Source: Acutalibacteraceae bacterium
GTDB lineage: Bacteria; Bacillota; Clostridia; Oscillospirales; Acutalibacteraceae
NCBI GenBank assembly: GCA_045613045.1
Contig: JAZLAF010000013.1
Coordinates: 22,802-86,801 of the forward strand
Direction: 5' to 3'
Length of the DNA: 64,000 nucleotides
The notes under the pieces were generated by a model. The model did no database searches. It had not been told where the DNA came from and was given only the letters and a program-made list of their open reading frames with translations. Shown piece after piece: positions 19,702-27,752 of this stretch. The translations under genes were made by a program, and so were the position numbers. The number at the start of each line of letters is the position of its first letter. Position 1 is the stretch's first letter.

Positions 19702-20883
19702 TCACTCCTGTTCGTATTGGGGCGCAAGAGCAAAGATGAAACGGGTTTCGTCGGTAATATAGCCCGTAGATACGGTTGAAAAGCCGAAATCGGAGCTGTC
19801 TCTTGCAATTTTAAGAACGTTATATATTCTTTCGTTTGATAGCAAATCCTCAACGGCTGCGTCAAACGTTTTCTTATCGGCAAAGCAGAAAAACACCGTA
19901 TCTTTGCCGTTTTGGGTTTCTTTAATCAAGACTTCAGCGAGGACAGATTCTTTTGAACGGTCATAGTTTTCAAAGTATGCTCCCGTTTTTACAAAATAGC
20001 TTTCCTGCAATGAATCGCAACCGAAATCGTATGAAAAATCGGAATGCGTATGAGAGATTGATTTATCGTTCACGTTGAAATAAAGGTGGTTTTTTGTTTC
20101 TTTGCCGCTTTCGTCAATAGGGTCATCCCATGTGCAGTCAAGATGATACCACTTGCCGTTAAGTCTGACAACGTTCCACATATGAGCACCGCTGGGACCG
20201 GTATCGCTTTCGGATTTACCTGTAATAACCGTATTTTCGATGCCTGCGGCATCAAGAAGCAGCTTTGCGGCTTTTGAATATCCTTCGCACGCTGCTTTGC
20301 CTGCAACAAGAGCTCCGTAAACCGACGATCCGATGTTTTCATCCTCGAGTGAATAATCGCAATTGTCGATTATATAATCGTGAATTTCAAGTTCGGTCTG
20401 CCACAAATCGGTTTTATCCGTGAACGAGGCTGCAACGCTTTCGCAAACAGAATCAAGCTCCGTTTTCATTTTGGTATATTCCTCTTTACTGACCGTATAG
20501 TTAACCGAGAAGAAGGTGTGGATACCAACGGTGCGCAGAGTGCATCTTCTGCCAACGAAAAACAAATCGGGATTATCGCTCATAAGAGCATAGAACACCT
20601 TGTCGAGAGTATCGGTATCTATGCGGTTGATTTCAATTTCTTCAGGCATTGAATAAATTGAGCTGAGGATGAGGTTGTATGCGTGTTTTCCGTCGTTACT
20701 CAAATCGGAAAACCAGAATTTATAAGCTCCGCCGATATCCGTCAATTCAACGGCTTCGGCACTTGTGTCGGGGAGAGAATTGAAATTCTGACGGTTGTTT
20801 TTGAAGAAAAACAAAGCAGTTGTGACAAGTGCCGTCAGAATCAGAACGGACAAGAAAAGCTTTAAAATTTTTGTGAGTTTCAT
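19702..20883 (-). CDS. Exported transglutaminase-like domain protein
   Basis: Signal/TM segment; triad-like motifs CEGYSKA, HMWN, DCTWDD; start set at MKLTKI (20883). Confidence 0.8.
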   Translation of the reverse strand: MKLTKILKLFLSVLILTALVTTALFFFKNNRQNFNSLPDTSAEAVELTDIGGAYKFWFSDLSNDGKHAYNLILSSIYSMPEEIEINRIDTDTLDKVFYALMSDNPDLFFVGRRCTLRTVGIHTFFSVNYTVSKEEYTKMKTELDSVCESVAASFTDKTDLWQTELEIHDYIIDNCDYSLEDENIGSSVYGALVAGKAACEGYSKAAKLLLDAAGIENTVITGKSESDTGPSGAHMWNVVRLNGKWYHLDCTWDDPIDESGKETKNHLYFNVNDKSISHTHSDFSYDFGCDSLQESYFVKTGAYFENYDRSKESVLAEVLIKETQNGKDTVFFCFADKKTFDAAVEDLLSNERIYNVLKIARDSSDFGFSTVSTGYITDETRFIFALAPQYEQE

Positions 20884-20884
20884 T

Positions 20885-21751
20885 TTATTTTCCTCTGAAA
20901 TTTTCAGGGAGCTCAACAATTTCAACCTGCAGAATGCCGTTTTGCATCAGCATATTGATTCCGTCTGCCTCCGATGAAAAATCAACAATGGAAATGTCGG
21001 TTGACATATCGTTGGTAATTTGTTTGAAAATACGGTTGCTCTTATTCTGATTGCCGGGCGAAAAAATATTTCCGAGCATTTCCGATATTGCTCCCGATTG
21101 ACGGAGTTTGCCTTCGTATCCGAGAGAATTCAGGTAAAGCATATATTTGAAAAGTGTGTCGCCCTTGAGACTCTGATTACCCTTGATAAGAACAAGGCTC
21201 ATTTCCTCGTTTCGGTAATTGATTTGCTCGGGTATGGTTATTTTGATTCCGCCGAAATAATTGACGAACGATTTGAAGTCTGTTTCGGTAGCGCTGATAT
21301 AACGGTCAATGTTAATACCGTAGGTTGTTTCAAGAGCTGAAACGAGAGCGCTCTCGCCCGATTTAAGATAGATGGAGGCGGCACTTCCGTTTTCTGAAAG
21401 AGTTGTTTTCGGGTCGATTGAGCAGACGGTAACCTTGCACTCGGGCAAGCTTACCTTAACAAGGCTTAAAAAATGAATGTTTTCTCTGCGTGAATCCGCA
21501 CACCAGATAAGAAAGGTTCTTTCCGCTTCAAAGGTCACGGGCTGAACTTCAGTTGTTTCTTGTGTGACCTCGGTTTCTTTTTCAAATCCGAATGCCGAAT
21601 TGATATCAAAATCGTTGCTTTTAAGAATCATTGTTGTTGAAGCAACGAGGATAATAAGAACGCCCGTAATAAGAGCAAGCCAGAATTTTCTGGTATTTCC
21701 TCTGTCGCTTCGTTTTTTTGTTTCAAAAACAAGGTTCTTTTTCCTTGCCAT
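20885..21751 (-). CDS. LCP (LytR-CpsA-Psr) family protein, degenerate
   Basis: Basic N-terminus, TM, then IDRYI, FVNYFGGIKI, LIKGNQSLKG, LRQ. Confidence 0.7.
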   Translation of the reverse strand: MARKKNLVFETKKRSDRGNTRKFWLALITGVLIILVASTTMILKSNDFDINSAFGFEKETEVTQETTEVQPVTFEAERTFLIWCADSRRENIHFLSLVKVSLPECKVTVCSIDPKTTLSENGSAASIYLKSGESALVSALETTYGINIDRYISATETDFKSFVNYFGGIKITIPEQINYRNEEMSLVLIKGNQSLKGDTLFKYMLYLNSLGYEGKLRQSGAISEMLGNIFSPGNQNKSNRIFKQITNDMSTDISIVDFSSEADGINMLMQNGILQVEIVELPENFRGK

Positions 21752-21757
21752 AAAATA

Positions 21758-23614
21758 TCACCGCTTAATAATTATTGCCGCAGTTTCTTTATCGAGATAT
21801 AATTCTCTGCCGTTGACGATACCGCCCGTCAATGCTTCATAGCCCTCTTCGGGGAGGATATAGGTAATGGGATGGCTGTTACGGTTTGCAACAGTCATTA
21901 TTTTTTCTCCGCTGCCGCATCTTTCAAAAGCTACACAGCCGAGAGCATCGGAAACGGGAACAAATTCACCGTCTTTGAAAACGGGGTGTTCCTTGCGGAG
22001 TTTTCCGAGGAATCTGAAATGCTCGATGAGGTCGGAATCCTCTTTGCCCCACGGATAACAGCCTCTGTTGAAGGGGTCTTCGCCACCGTCTGTGCCTGCT
22101 TCGTCGCCGTAATAGATGCAGGGCACACCGGGGAGGGTAAACTGCATTGAAGAAATGAGTTTAAGCAATTTTTTGCCCTGCTTTTTTTCTTCATCCGAAA
22201 GACCGCCCTGATAACGGTTGAGGTGGTCGGAATAATATCCGCCGCCCGTTGCGAGGCGGTTGAGTACACGGCAGGTATCGTGAGTGCCGATGTGATTCAT
22301 AAGGCAATCAACTGCAGGCTTGGGATAGTTTTCGCATATAGAAGAGATTTTATCGTTGAAGCCTTCAGCGACACCTCGGATTGCAAAATCAATCAGCAAA
22401 TCTGCAAAGGGATAATTCATAACGGAATCGAGCTGGTCGCCGCACAGATATCTGCGTCTGTAACCGTAGCTGATTTTGTTTGATGCATCTTCCCAGACCT
22501 CACCTAAAATATATGCGTCACCTTTCTCTGACTTGACCGCTTTACGCAGAGCGTCGAGAAATTTATCAGGCAATTCGTCGGCAACGTCGAGTCTCCAACC
22601 CGAAGCACCGAGACGAAGCCATTTGCGAAGAATACCGTTTTCGCCTGCAACATATCGGATATATCCGTCGTTTTCTTCCTGAATTTCGGGAAGGATATCA
22701 ACACCCCACCAGCAATCGTAGCTGTCGGGATAGTTTTTGAATTTATACCATTCGTAAAAAGGTGATTCGGTGCTGTTATAAGCTCCGATATCATCATATC
22801 GGTTTTCTCTGTTGAAATAACGGCTGTCAGCACCCGTGTGGCTGAAAACACCGTCAAGCACAATTTTTATGCCGTGCTTCTTCGCCTCGTTGCAAAGAGA
22901 AACAAAATCCTCTTCGTTGCCGAGAAGGGGGTCGATTTTTTCATAATCCGCAGTGTCGTAGCGGTGGTTTGAATGTGCCTCAAAAACAGGATTGAGATAA
23001 ATGCATCCTACACCGAGCGACTCAAGATAGCCGAGCTTCTGTTCGATACCTTTGAGGTCGCCGCCGAAATAGTCATACTGCGAAATTTTACCCTCTGAAT
23101 CGGGTTGCCACATCGGTTTTTCTCCCCAATCGGAGCGCAGAATACGGTCATCGGGAACGTTTTCTTTTTTCTCTCCCGACGAGCAGAATCTGTCGGGGAA
23201 AATCTGATATATAACCGAGCCTTTAATCCAGTCGGGTGTTTTGAAATTCTTTGAATATACGGTGAGCTGGAACGATGAGCCGTCGGAAGAGAATCTGCCC
23301 GTCGGCGTGTCGTAAAATTTTGTTATATCCGAGCTTTTTCCGTTTCCCGAAACGGAAAAACGATACCAATAAAGACCTTCGGTATCAACGGAAAAGCTGA
23401 CTGACCACCATTCCTCGTTTTCACCTTCGTTGCGTTCGTATGCCATCGGGATGACGGAAACTTCACCGCAATCCGATTCGAGAATAAGGTCTGCGCAGGT
23501 GCATCCGAGTGTTTTGGGCAGGATAATACGCAGGGTAATTTCTTCACCTTCACGCACAGCCCCGAACGGAGATTTATGATACGTCAGCCTTGAATTGTAG
23601 GGAATAAAATCCAT
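21758..23614 (-). CDS. Glycoside hydrolase family 13 (neopullulanase/amylopullulanase-like)
   Basis: YQIFPDRF, GGDLKGI, NHRYDT, LDGVFSH, GWRLDVADE, GEVWED, THDT. Confidence 0.9.
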   Translation of the reverse strand: MDFIPYNSRLTYHKSPFGAVREGEEITLRIILPKTLGCTCADLILESDCGEVSVIPMAYERNEGENEEWWSVSFSVDTEGLYWYRFSVSGNGKSSDITKFYDTPTGRFSSDGSSFQLTVYSKNFKTPDWIKGSVIYQIFPDRFCSSGEKKENVPDDRILRSDWGEKPMWQPDSEGKISQYDYFGGDLKGIEQKLGYLESLGVGCIYLNPVFEAHSNHRYDTADYEKIDPLLGNEEDFVSLCNEAKKHGIKIVLDGVFSHTGADSRYFNRENRYDDIGAYNSTESPFYEWYKFKNYPDSYDCWWGVDILPEIQEENDGYIRYVAGENGILRKWLRLGASGWRLDVADELPDKFLDALRKAVKSEKGDAYILGEVWEDASNKISYGYRRRYLCGDQLDSVMNYPFADLLIDFAIRGVAEGFNDKISSICENYPKPAVDCLMNHIGTHDTCRVLNRLATGGGYYSDHLNRYQGGLSDEEKKQGKKLLKLISSMQFTLPGVPCIYYGDEAGTDGGEDPFNRGCYPWGKEDSDLIEHFRFLGKLRKEHPVFKDGEFVPVSDALGCVAFERCGSGEKIMTVANRNSHPITYILPEEGYEALTGGIVNGRELYLDKETAAIIIKR

Positions 23615-23644
23615 TATTTTGCTTCTTTCTTTTATAGGGTAGTC

Positions 23645-23881
23645 TTAACCGTTATACGGTAATTCCGTTATGCGTACAAGCAGATCGGTCACGAAATAAC
23701 TGATTGTAATCAGGGCGATTATTCCGAGAGCGATGAGGAAGCCGTTGATGATTCTGCGTTTTTTGACAGTTTCTTCATAGCTCGGTTCTGAACCGAAGTG
23801 TGCTGAAAATTCGGTTATGCTTTCTCTTTGAGAAGGTTTGAGCGCTTTTTCGATAACGCCCTTTTTGTTTTTTCTTGCCAT
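23645..23881 (-). CDS. Small single-pass membrane protein (78 aa)
   Basis: MARKNKKG...KKRRIINGFLIALGIIALITISYFVT; GAAGGTGAT RBS; inside a tightly packed gene run. Confidence 0.65.
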   Translation of the reverse strand: MARKNKKGVIEKALKPSQRESITEFSAHFGSEPSYEETVKKRRIINGFLIALGIIALITISYFVTDLLVRITELPYNG

Positions 23882-23891
23882 ATAATCACCT

Positions 23892-24485
23892 TCAGATAAA
23901 CAGTGAGGAATCTGCAAATCCTGCAAACGCAAGAGAAAGCAGACCTACGTATATTAGCATCGCAGGAGTACCTTTGAATGCTTCGGGAATATTTTCGTTG
24001 TTTTTGAGTGAATCGGAGCCCTTGCTGATGAGTGCTGCGGCGAGGATGAATGCAATGCCTGCACCGATACCTGAGCCGATAGCGTCGGCAAATGAATATG
24101 CAGCCGACTGGTTGATGAATGGCACGGCAAAAACAAGGGTGTTGAGTGCGGCAATACCGATTGTGCCGAGAAGCTTATCTGATGCTCTGAAAATAACCTT
24201 CAGAAGAAGAGCTACGATAAGATAAGCCGATGCGAGAACACCGCCGTAAACCGCCGCTTTGCCTGCAAAGGGGAGCGACGTGAAGTTGACTGCTGAATTC
24301 AGTGCACTGCAGATAACGCTCGTCACGATTGAAAAGCCTGAAATCATACCGGCTATTTTGCCGAATATGCCGGGCTTTGTTGATACTCTGAAAGCTTCGC
24401 TGATGCCCAGACCCGAGTTGAGCACGAGATTCTGGATAAACACAGTGAAGAGTGCGGTTATGAGAAGGTCGGATATCATTTTCAT
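23892..24485 (-). CDS. RnfA-like (Rnf-Nqr domain) membrane protein, degenerate
   Basis: QNLVL..GLG, IPEAFKGTPAMLIYVGLLSLAFAGF resemble RnfA. Both Fe-S Cys positions are replaced (GISEA, LNTLV). Confidence 0.75.
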   Translation of the reverse strand: MKMISDLLITALFTVFIQNLVLNSGLGISEAFRVSTKPGIFGKIAGMISGFSIVTSVICSALNSAVNFTSLPFAGKAAVYGGVLASAYLIVALLLKVIFRASDKLLGTIGIAALNTLVFAVPFINQSAAYSFADAIGSGIGAGIAFILAAALISKGSDSLKNNENIPEAFKGTPAMLIYVGLLSLAFAGFADSSLFI

Positions 24486-25273
24486 TTTGCATCGCCCTCC
24501 TCGTCGGATAATTCTATGCCGAGAGACTTGAGGAACTCGTTAAGGTCATCCTCTGCGGAATATTCTGCATTCGGTTCGGCAGTTTTGGGCTGAACGGTTT
24601 CCTCAACGGTATTTACAGGTTCAGGCAACTCTTCTGTTACGGTTTTCACTTCTTCCTCTTTTTCGGTTTGCGGATAATATTTTGCCGTAAATGATTTGAG
24701 AAGGGCAGCAAGGAAGCCGAGAAGAATCAGGCATCCGAAGGGGAGCGCCATTCCTTTGAAAGTGATCGGCAGATTGAGGCTGATGCCCGCAAAAGATGCT
24801 TTGCCGAGAATTTCTCTGACAGCACCCGTGATAAGAAAGATTGCAGAAATTCCGATTCCGCTTGCAACGGCATCGTAGAAAGCAAGCTTAACGCTGTTTT
24901 TGACGGAAAACTGTTCACAATGCACGGCAACAACGGAGTTAACAGCCGTCAGGGGAAGATAAATCTTCATACCGAGGCTGATGTCATTAAGAGAATAGGT
25001 TTCGATTGCGTAAAGTATGGGGCAGACAAGAGCAAGACCAATAATGAAATAAATGGGCACTCTTATCCATCGGGGAAGATTTTTGAAAAACGCACTCGCA
25101 ATCACGCAAACAACGACAAGTTCAAGGAACATTGTCACAGAAAGTGAAAGTGCCTGAATAAACGTTGTTGAAGCGGCGATGACGGGGCAAAGTCCGACAA
25201 GCTGAACGAGAACGGGATTGTAAATCAACGCACCTTTTTTAAGTGCATCCTTGAAAGAAATGTTCGCACTCAT
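24482..25273 (-). CDS. RnfE-like (Rnf-Nqr domain) membrane protein with acidic C-terminal tail
   Basis: NPVLVQLVGLCP, IRVP, LPLTAVNS, GAVREILG resemble RnfE; acidic tail of about 60 aa. Confidence 0.78.
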   Translation of the reverse strand: MSANISFKDALKKGALIYNPVLVQLVGLCPVIAASTTFIQALSLSVTMFLELVVVCVIASAFFKNLPRWIRVPIYFIIGLALVCPILYAIETYSLNDISLGMKIYLPLTAVNSVVAVHCEQFSVKNSVKLAFYDAVASGIGISAIFLITGAVREILGKASFAGISLNLPITFKGMALPFGCLILLGFLAALLKSFTAKYYPQTEKEEEVKTVTEELPEPVNTVEETVQPKTAEPNAEYSAEDDLNEFLKSLGIELSDEEGDAK

Positions 25274-26229
25274 TCCGTCACCTCCTTGCGAGGTGATTTT
25301 TTAATGCGTTTGGGCATATTATCAATAGCCGAGTCGAAAATCGGGCGAAGTGCATTTGAAAGAATTACCGCAAAGCAAACGGTTTCTTCGTATGCACCCA
25401 TTTTGCGCATTGCTATGCAAAGCACTCCGCAGAGAGCACCGTAAAGAAATTTATTAAGATTCTTTTTCGGCTGAGTCACGGGGTCTGTGATAAGGAAAAC
25501 AGCCGCAAACATAAGCGAACCCGAACAAAGCTCGGGGATGAGATTTGATTTGAGTGAGGCGGAAACTCTCGGGAAGAGAACTACCGTAACAATACAAGCA
25601 ACAACGAAACCTGCCGTTGAAAGCAACGACGAGGGCCGTCTGATAAGCAGAAATGCTGCACTTGCAAGCATCAGCAGAACGCAACCCGTACCCATCGGGC
25701 CTGCCACGTTGCCGATAAGAATATCAAAGATGTTTGCCGTTCCGATATGCACTGAGCTTCCTTTTAACAGCATTGAGCCGAGGGATTCTGCACCGAAAAC
25801 GGAATCTTGTGTGCCGACGGCATAATTGAACACCGATTCTTTAAAACAAACACTTGCAAAGGCAAAGCCTGCTGCGGCAGGAACAAAGGGGGTGTTTTCG
25901 TTTGAGCCGAAAGGCATCATTACAATCGCAACAGCAAAGAAGGAAGCGAGAGCAGGAACGTAGAACGGTACGTTTGCGGGCATCATCAGAGCGATTGCTG
26001 CACCTGCAAAAACACATCCGGGATTTCCGAAATTGATTTTTTTATTCAGAATAAGACCTGCAAAAGCATCCGTTAATAATGCGGATATAACCGAAACCGC
26101 TATGACAAGCAGACTTCGGAAGCCGTAATAATGAAATGCCATATAACAGGGGGCAAGAAGCATAATCAGATAATCTGAATAAACGCTTCTGATATTAGGT
26201 TTTGTCGGTTTAACGGCACCGTGAGCCAT
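25270..26229 (-). CDS. RnfD-like membrane protein, degenerate
   Basis: ALMMPANVP, PFG....FVPAAAG, FLITDPVTQP, LYGALCG, AYEETVCFAVILSNA. ATG at 26229 has a GAGGTG RBS (ORF track uses GTG at 26238). Confidence 0.78.
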   Translation of the reverse strand: MAHGAVKPTKPNIRSVYSDYLIMLLAPCYMAFHYYGFRSLLVIAVSVISALLTDAFAGLILNKKINFGNPGCVFAGAAIALMMPANVPFYVPALASFFAVAIVMMPFGSNENTPFVPAAAGFAFASVCFKESVFNYAVGTQDSVFGAESLGSMLLKGSSVHIGTANIFDILIGNVAGPMGTGCVLLMLASAAFLLIRRPSSLLSTAGFVVACIVTVVLFPRVSASLKSNLIPELCSGSLMFAAVFLITDPVTQPKKNLNKFLYGALCGVLCIAMRKMGAYEETVCFAVILSNALRPIFDSAIDNMPKRIKKSPRKEVTE

Positions 26230-26323
26230 AGCGATCACCTCAGACTTCCATTATTTATTCATTGCATACTGTGTGGCAAATTCATATTATATTAATAGTC
26301 ACACCTGAAGGAGGTATTGCAAA

Positions 26324-26899
26324 ATGCAAATCAGTTCACCTGCGGAAAACAGAATTGTTGTTGAGCTTTCCGCTAAGGATATGCAGGAGTTGGATATTAC
26401 ATACGAAGAGATGGATTACTCCGCAATTGAAACCAGAAGAGTTATATGGACAGTGCTTGATGCCGCAGGTAAATTTCTCGGCAGAGAGCTTGATCCTTCA
26501 CGAAAAATGATAATTGAAGCTATGCCGATGAGTTCGGGCGGCTGTGTGCTTTGCTTCACGATTCTTGAAACAGCGGTCAGAGCAAAACGCCCGATGCTTA
26601 TCAAACAAGCGGCGAATCTTATCTGTGATTTCGAAAGCCTTGACGGGCTGTATAATGCCGTGCAGGATTGCGGAATAAATGGGGAATGTGAGCAAAGCAG
26701 TCTTTACGAAAGCAACGGAAAATACAGACTTATTATCAGTTCGCCGTATGATATGAGGTTGCTTGAAAGACATTTCTGCGAGTTTGCCGTTTGCAAAAAA
26801 TGCGAAAATCTTGAAGCTGATTTCACAAGAGAGCACTGGAATCCCATTGCGGAATACGGTGCGCTGGGCGCAATAATGTGTCGCAGAAATCAGATATAA
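26324..26899 (+). CDS. MecA-family adaptor protein
   Basis: N-terminal ENRIVVELSAKDMQELDITYEEMDY; C-terminal CDFESLDGL, SSLY..NGKYRL, TREHW; GGAGG RBS. Confidence 0.7.
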   Translation: MQISSPAENRIVVELSAKDMQELDITYEEMDYSAIETRRVIWTVLDAAGKFLGRELDPSRKMIIEAMPMSSGGCVLCFTILETAVRAKRPMLIKQAANLICDFESLDGLYNAVQDCGINGECEQSSLYESNGKYRLIISSPYDMRLLERHFCEFAVCKKCENLEADFTREHWNPIAEYGALGAIMCRRNQI

Positions 26900-27555
26900 G
26901 CTTTTTCTGCTTTTTCACGAAGCATACTAATGATTTCGGCAGGGTTTTCGGCTCCGAAAACAGCACTTCCCGCAACAAAAACGTTTGCGCCTGCTTCTGC
27001 GGCAATTTCTACGGTTTCAGCATTGATGCCGCCGTCAACCTGAATATCAACGTCAAGACCTCTGCGAAGAATTTCCTCTCGCAGGGTCTTTACTTTTGCC
27101 ATTGTTTCGTGCATAAACGACTGTCCGCCGAAACCGGGTTCAACAGTCATAACAAGCACCATTGAAAGCTTGTCAAGATACGGGAAAACGTCCTCGGCGG
27201 CGGTTGCGGGCTTGATGCTGATACCCGCTTTACAGCCGCATTCAAGAATTTTATCAACCGTTTCACCGACGGGTGATGAGCTTTCGATATGAAAAGTGAT
27301 GAGATCTGCACCTGCTTTTTTGAAATCATCAATATATTTCAGCGGATTCTGAATCATAAGATGTACGTCAAAAACAAGATTTGTTTTATTTCTGACGCTC
27401 TTGATAACGGGTGCGCCGAATGAAATATTGGGAACAAAACAACCGTCCATAACGTCAAGATGCAGATAGTCTGCACCGCCTTTTTCAACTCTTACGGCTT
27501 CTGCGCCGAGTGCTGAAAAATCACTTGCAAGAACGGAGGGAGAAATTTTTATCAT
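26890..27555 (-). CDS. rpe: Ribulose-phosphate 3-epimerase
   Basis: ISPSVLASDF, HLDVMDG.FVPNISFG, DVHLM, VMTVEPGFGGQ, VDGG; start at MIKIS. Confidence 0.96.
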   Translation of the reverse strand: MIKISPSVLASDFSALGAEAVRVEKGGADYLHLDVMDGCFVPNISFGAPVIKSVRNKTNLVFDVHLMIQNPLKYIDDFKKAGADLITFHIESSSPVGETVDKILECGCKAGISIKPATAAEDVFPYLDKLSMVLVMTVEPGFGGQSFMHETMAKVKTLREEILRRGLDVDIQVDGGINAETVEIAAEAGANVFVAGSAVFGAENPAEIISMLREKAEKAYI

Positions 27556-27752
27556 GGTGAAGCCTTCCTTTCCGCCGTCAGAGGACGACAATCGGGCATT
27601 ATAATCTGTATTATTATATCAGTTTTATAATATAAGGTCAATAATAATATAAATAAGTTTACAATTTAAATTATAAAAGAAATACTTTACAAAACTGTTT
27701 TTTTGTTACATAATATAACGTGATATATTGTATTTTATGAGGAAAGAAAAAA

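Noticed and set aside
23892-26229. Calling these genes a functional Rnf complex (rnfD/rnfE/rnfA)
   Set aside because: Cofactor-binding residues appear absent and rnfC/G/B are not adjacent, so gene symbols were withheld.
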